From: a virus
Taxonomy: Duplodnaviria; Heunggongvirae; Uroviricota; Caudoviricetes
IMG/VR virus record: IMGVR_UViG_2526164632_000031
Reading direction: 5' to 3' (one strand)
Length of the DNA: 18,314 nt
Part shown: positions 17,902 through 18,314 of the stretch, piece by piece
How positions within the stretch are numbered: the first letter of the stretch is position 1
How the letters are laid out: every line of letters starts with the position of its first letter
Notes under the pieces: model-generated
The model's input: only the letters and a program-made list of their open reading frames with translations
Told to the model about the DNA's origin: nothing
The model's database searches: none
Position numbers and translations under genes: made by a program

Positions 17902-17943
17902 AAAAACCGCCCGTTCTGGTGAAAGAACTGAGGCGGTTTTTTT
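17902..17943 (-). terminator. Bidirectional intrinsic terminator downstream of yebY
   Basis: Imperfect GC-rich hairpin CCGCCCGTTC..GAACTGAGGCGG flanked by AAAAA on one side and TTTTTTT on the other. Confidence 0.6.
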
Positions 17944-17972
17944 ATTGGAAATCAAAAGGCTATTTTAGGTAA

Positions 17973-18314
17973 TTAACAGAGTTTTTCAGCTCGTTCTATA
18001 AACGGTGCCAGACTCATTTTTTCGCCGGGATTGTTAGGATCATCAATCTGAATCACCGAAATGGGTTGGGCTTTAGTCTTCCCACTGGCAACTTCCTTTT
18101 GTGCGATATCGTTTAAAGGATACTGCACGAGGGTACTTGGGTTGATGACATACAAAGCATTACCCGGTCGGCAAGTCAGCATCACCTCTTCGCGATTAAA
18201 CGCCCATTTGTCTTTACCCACTTCAAAACGGCTGACGGTAATCACCTGCGGTGCAGCCAGCGCCGCTGCAGAACTGGTGAGTAACAGAAACGCCAGAATA
18301 CTTTTTTTCATCAT
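17973..18314 (-). CDS. yebY: Host periplasmic protein YebY (DUF2511), signal peptide present
   Basis: 113-aa ORF starting exactly at the window edge; N-terminal signal peptide [20 protein letters not shown]; recognised as E. coli YebY. Confidence 0.7.
   Translation of the reverse strand: MMKKSILAFLLLTSSAAALAAPQVITVSRFEVGKDKWAFNREEVMLTCRPGNALYVINPSTLVQYPLNDIAQKEVASGKTKAQPISVIQIDDPNNPGEKMSLAPFIERAEKLC

Noticed and set aside
17582-17972. tRNA gene at the integration site
   Set aside because: Lambdoid integrases often target tRNAs, but I could not recognise a cloverleaf-like arrangement with a 3' acceptor in this region; the flanking gene is yebY, not a tRNA.

Overview
This window reads as the early/immunity half of a cryptic Rac/Qin-like lambdoid prophage, bounded on the left by an IS21-family (IS100-like) element (1-~953) and on the right by the host gene yebY. 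From right to left: integrase and excisionase, a ydaC-like gene, ralR (anti-restriction), a RecT/Redbeta-family annealing protein, recE, racC, a ydaE-like gene and kilR (plus strand); then a divergent CI-like repressor / Cro-like switch; then on the minus strand a YdaT-like gene, an O-like replication initiator with internal palindromic iterons, a DnaC-like loader, three uncharacterized genes, a hok-family toxin, and nin-region genes (DUF1367, DUF1364). The IS has cut a pin-like DNA invertase gene after about 25 codons and no Q, lysis or structural genes are visible, so the prophage is probably defective. The most interesting feature is a low-GC two-gene cargo (3246-4881) sitting where E. coli K-12 Qin carries relBE. 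It encodes a 365-aa protein with a Beta-protein/sce7725-like N-terminus and a 192-aa protein with a PD-(D/E)xK nuclease-like motif, arranged convergently with a 41-bp 3' overlap. I propose it as a candidate uncharacterized phage-defence or abortive-infection module. All family assignments are from reading the translations by eye and from memory; no database search was run.
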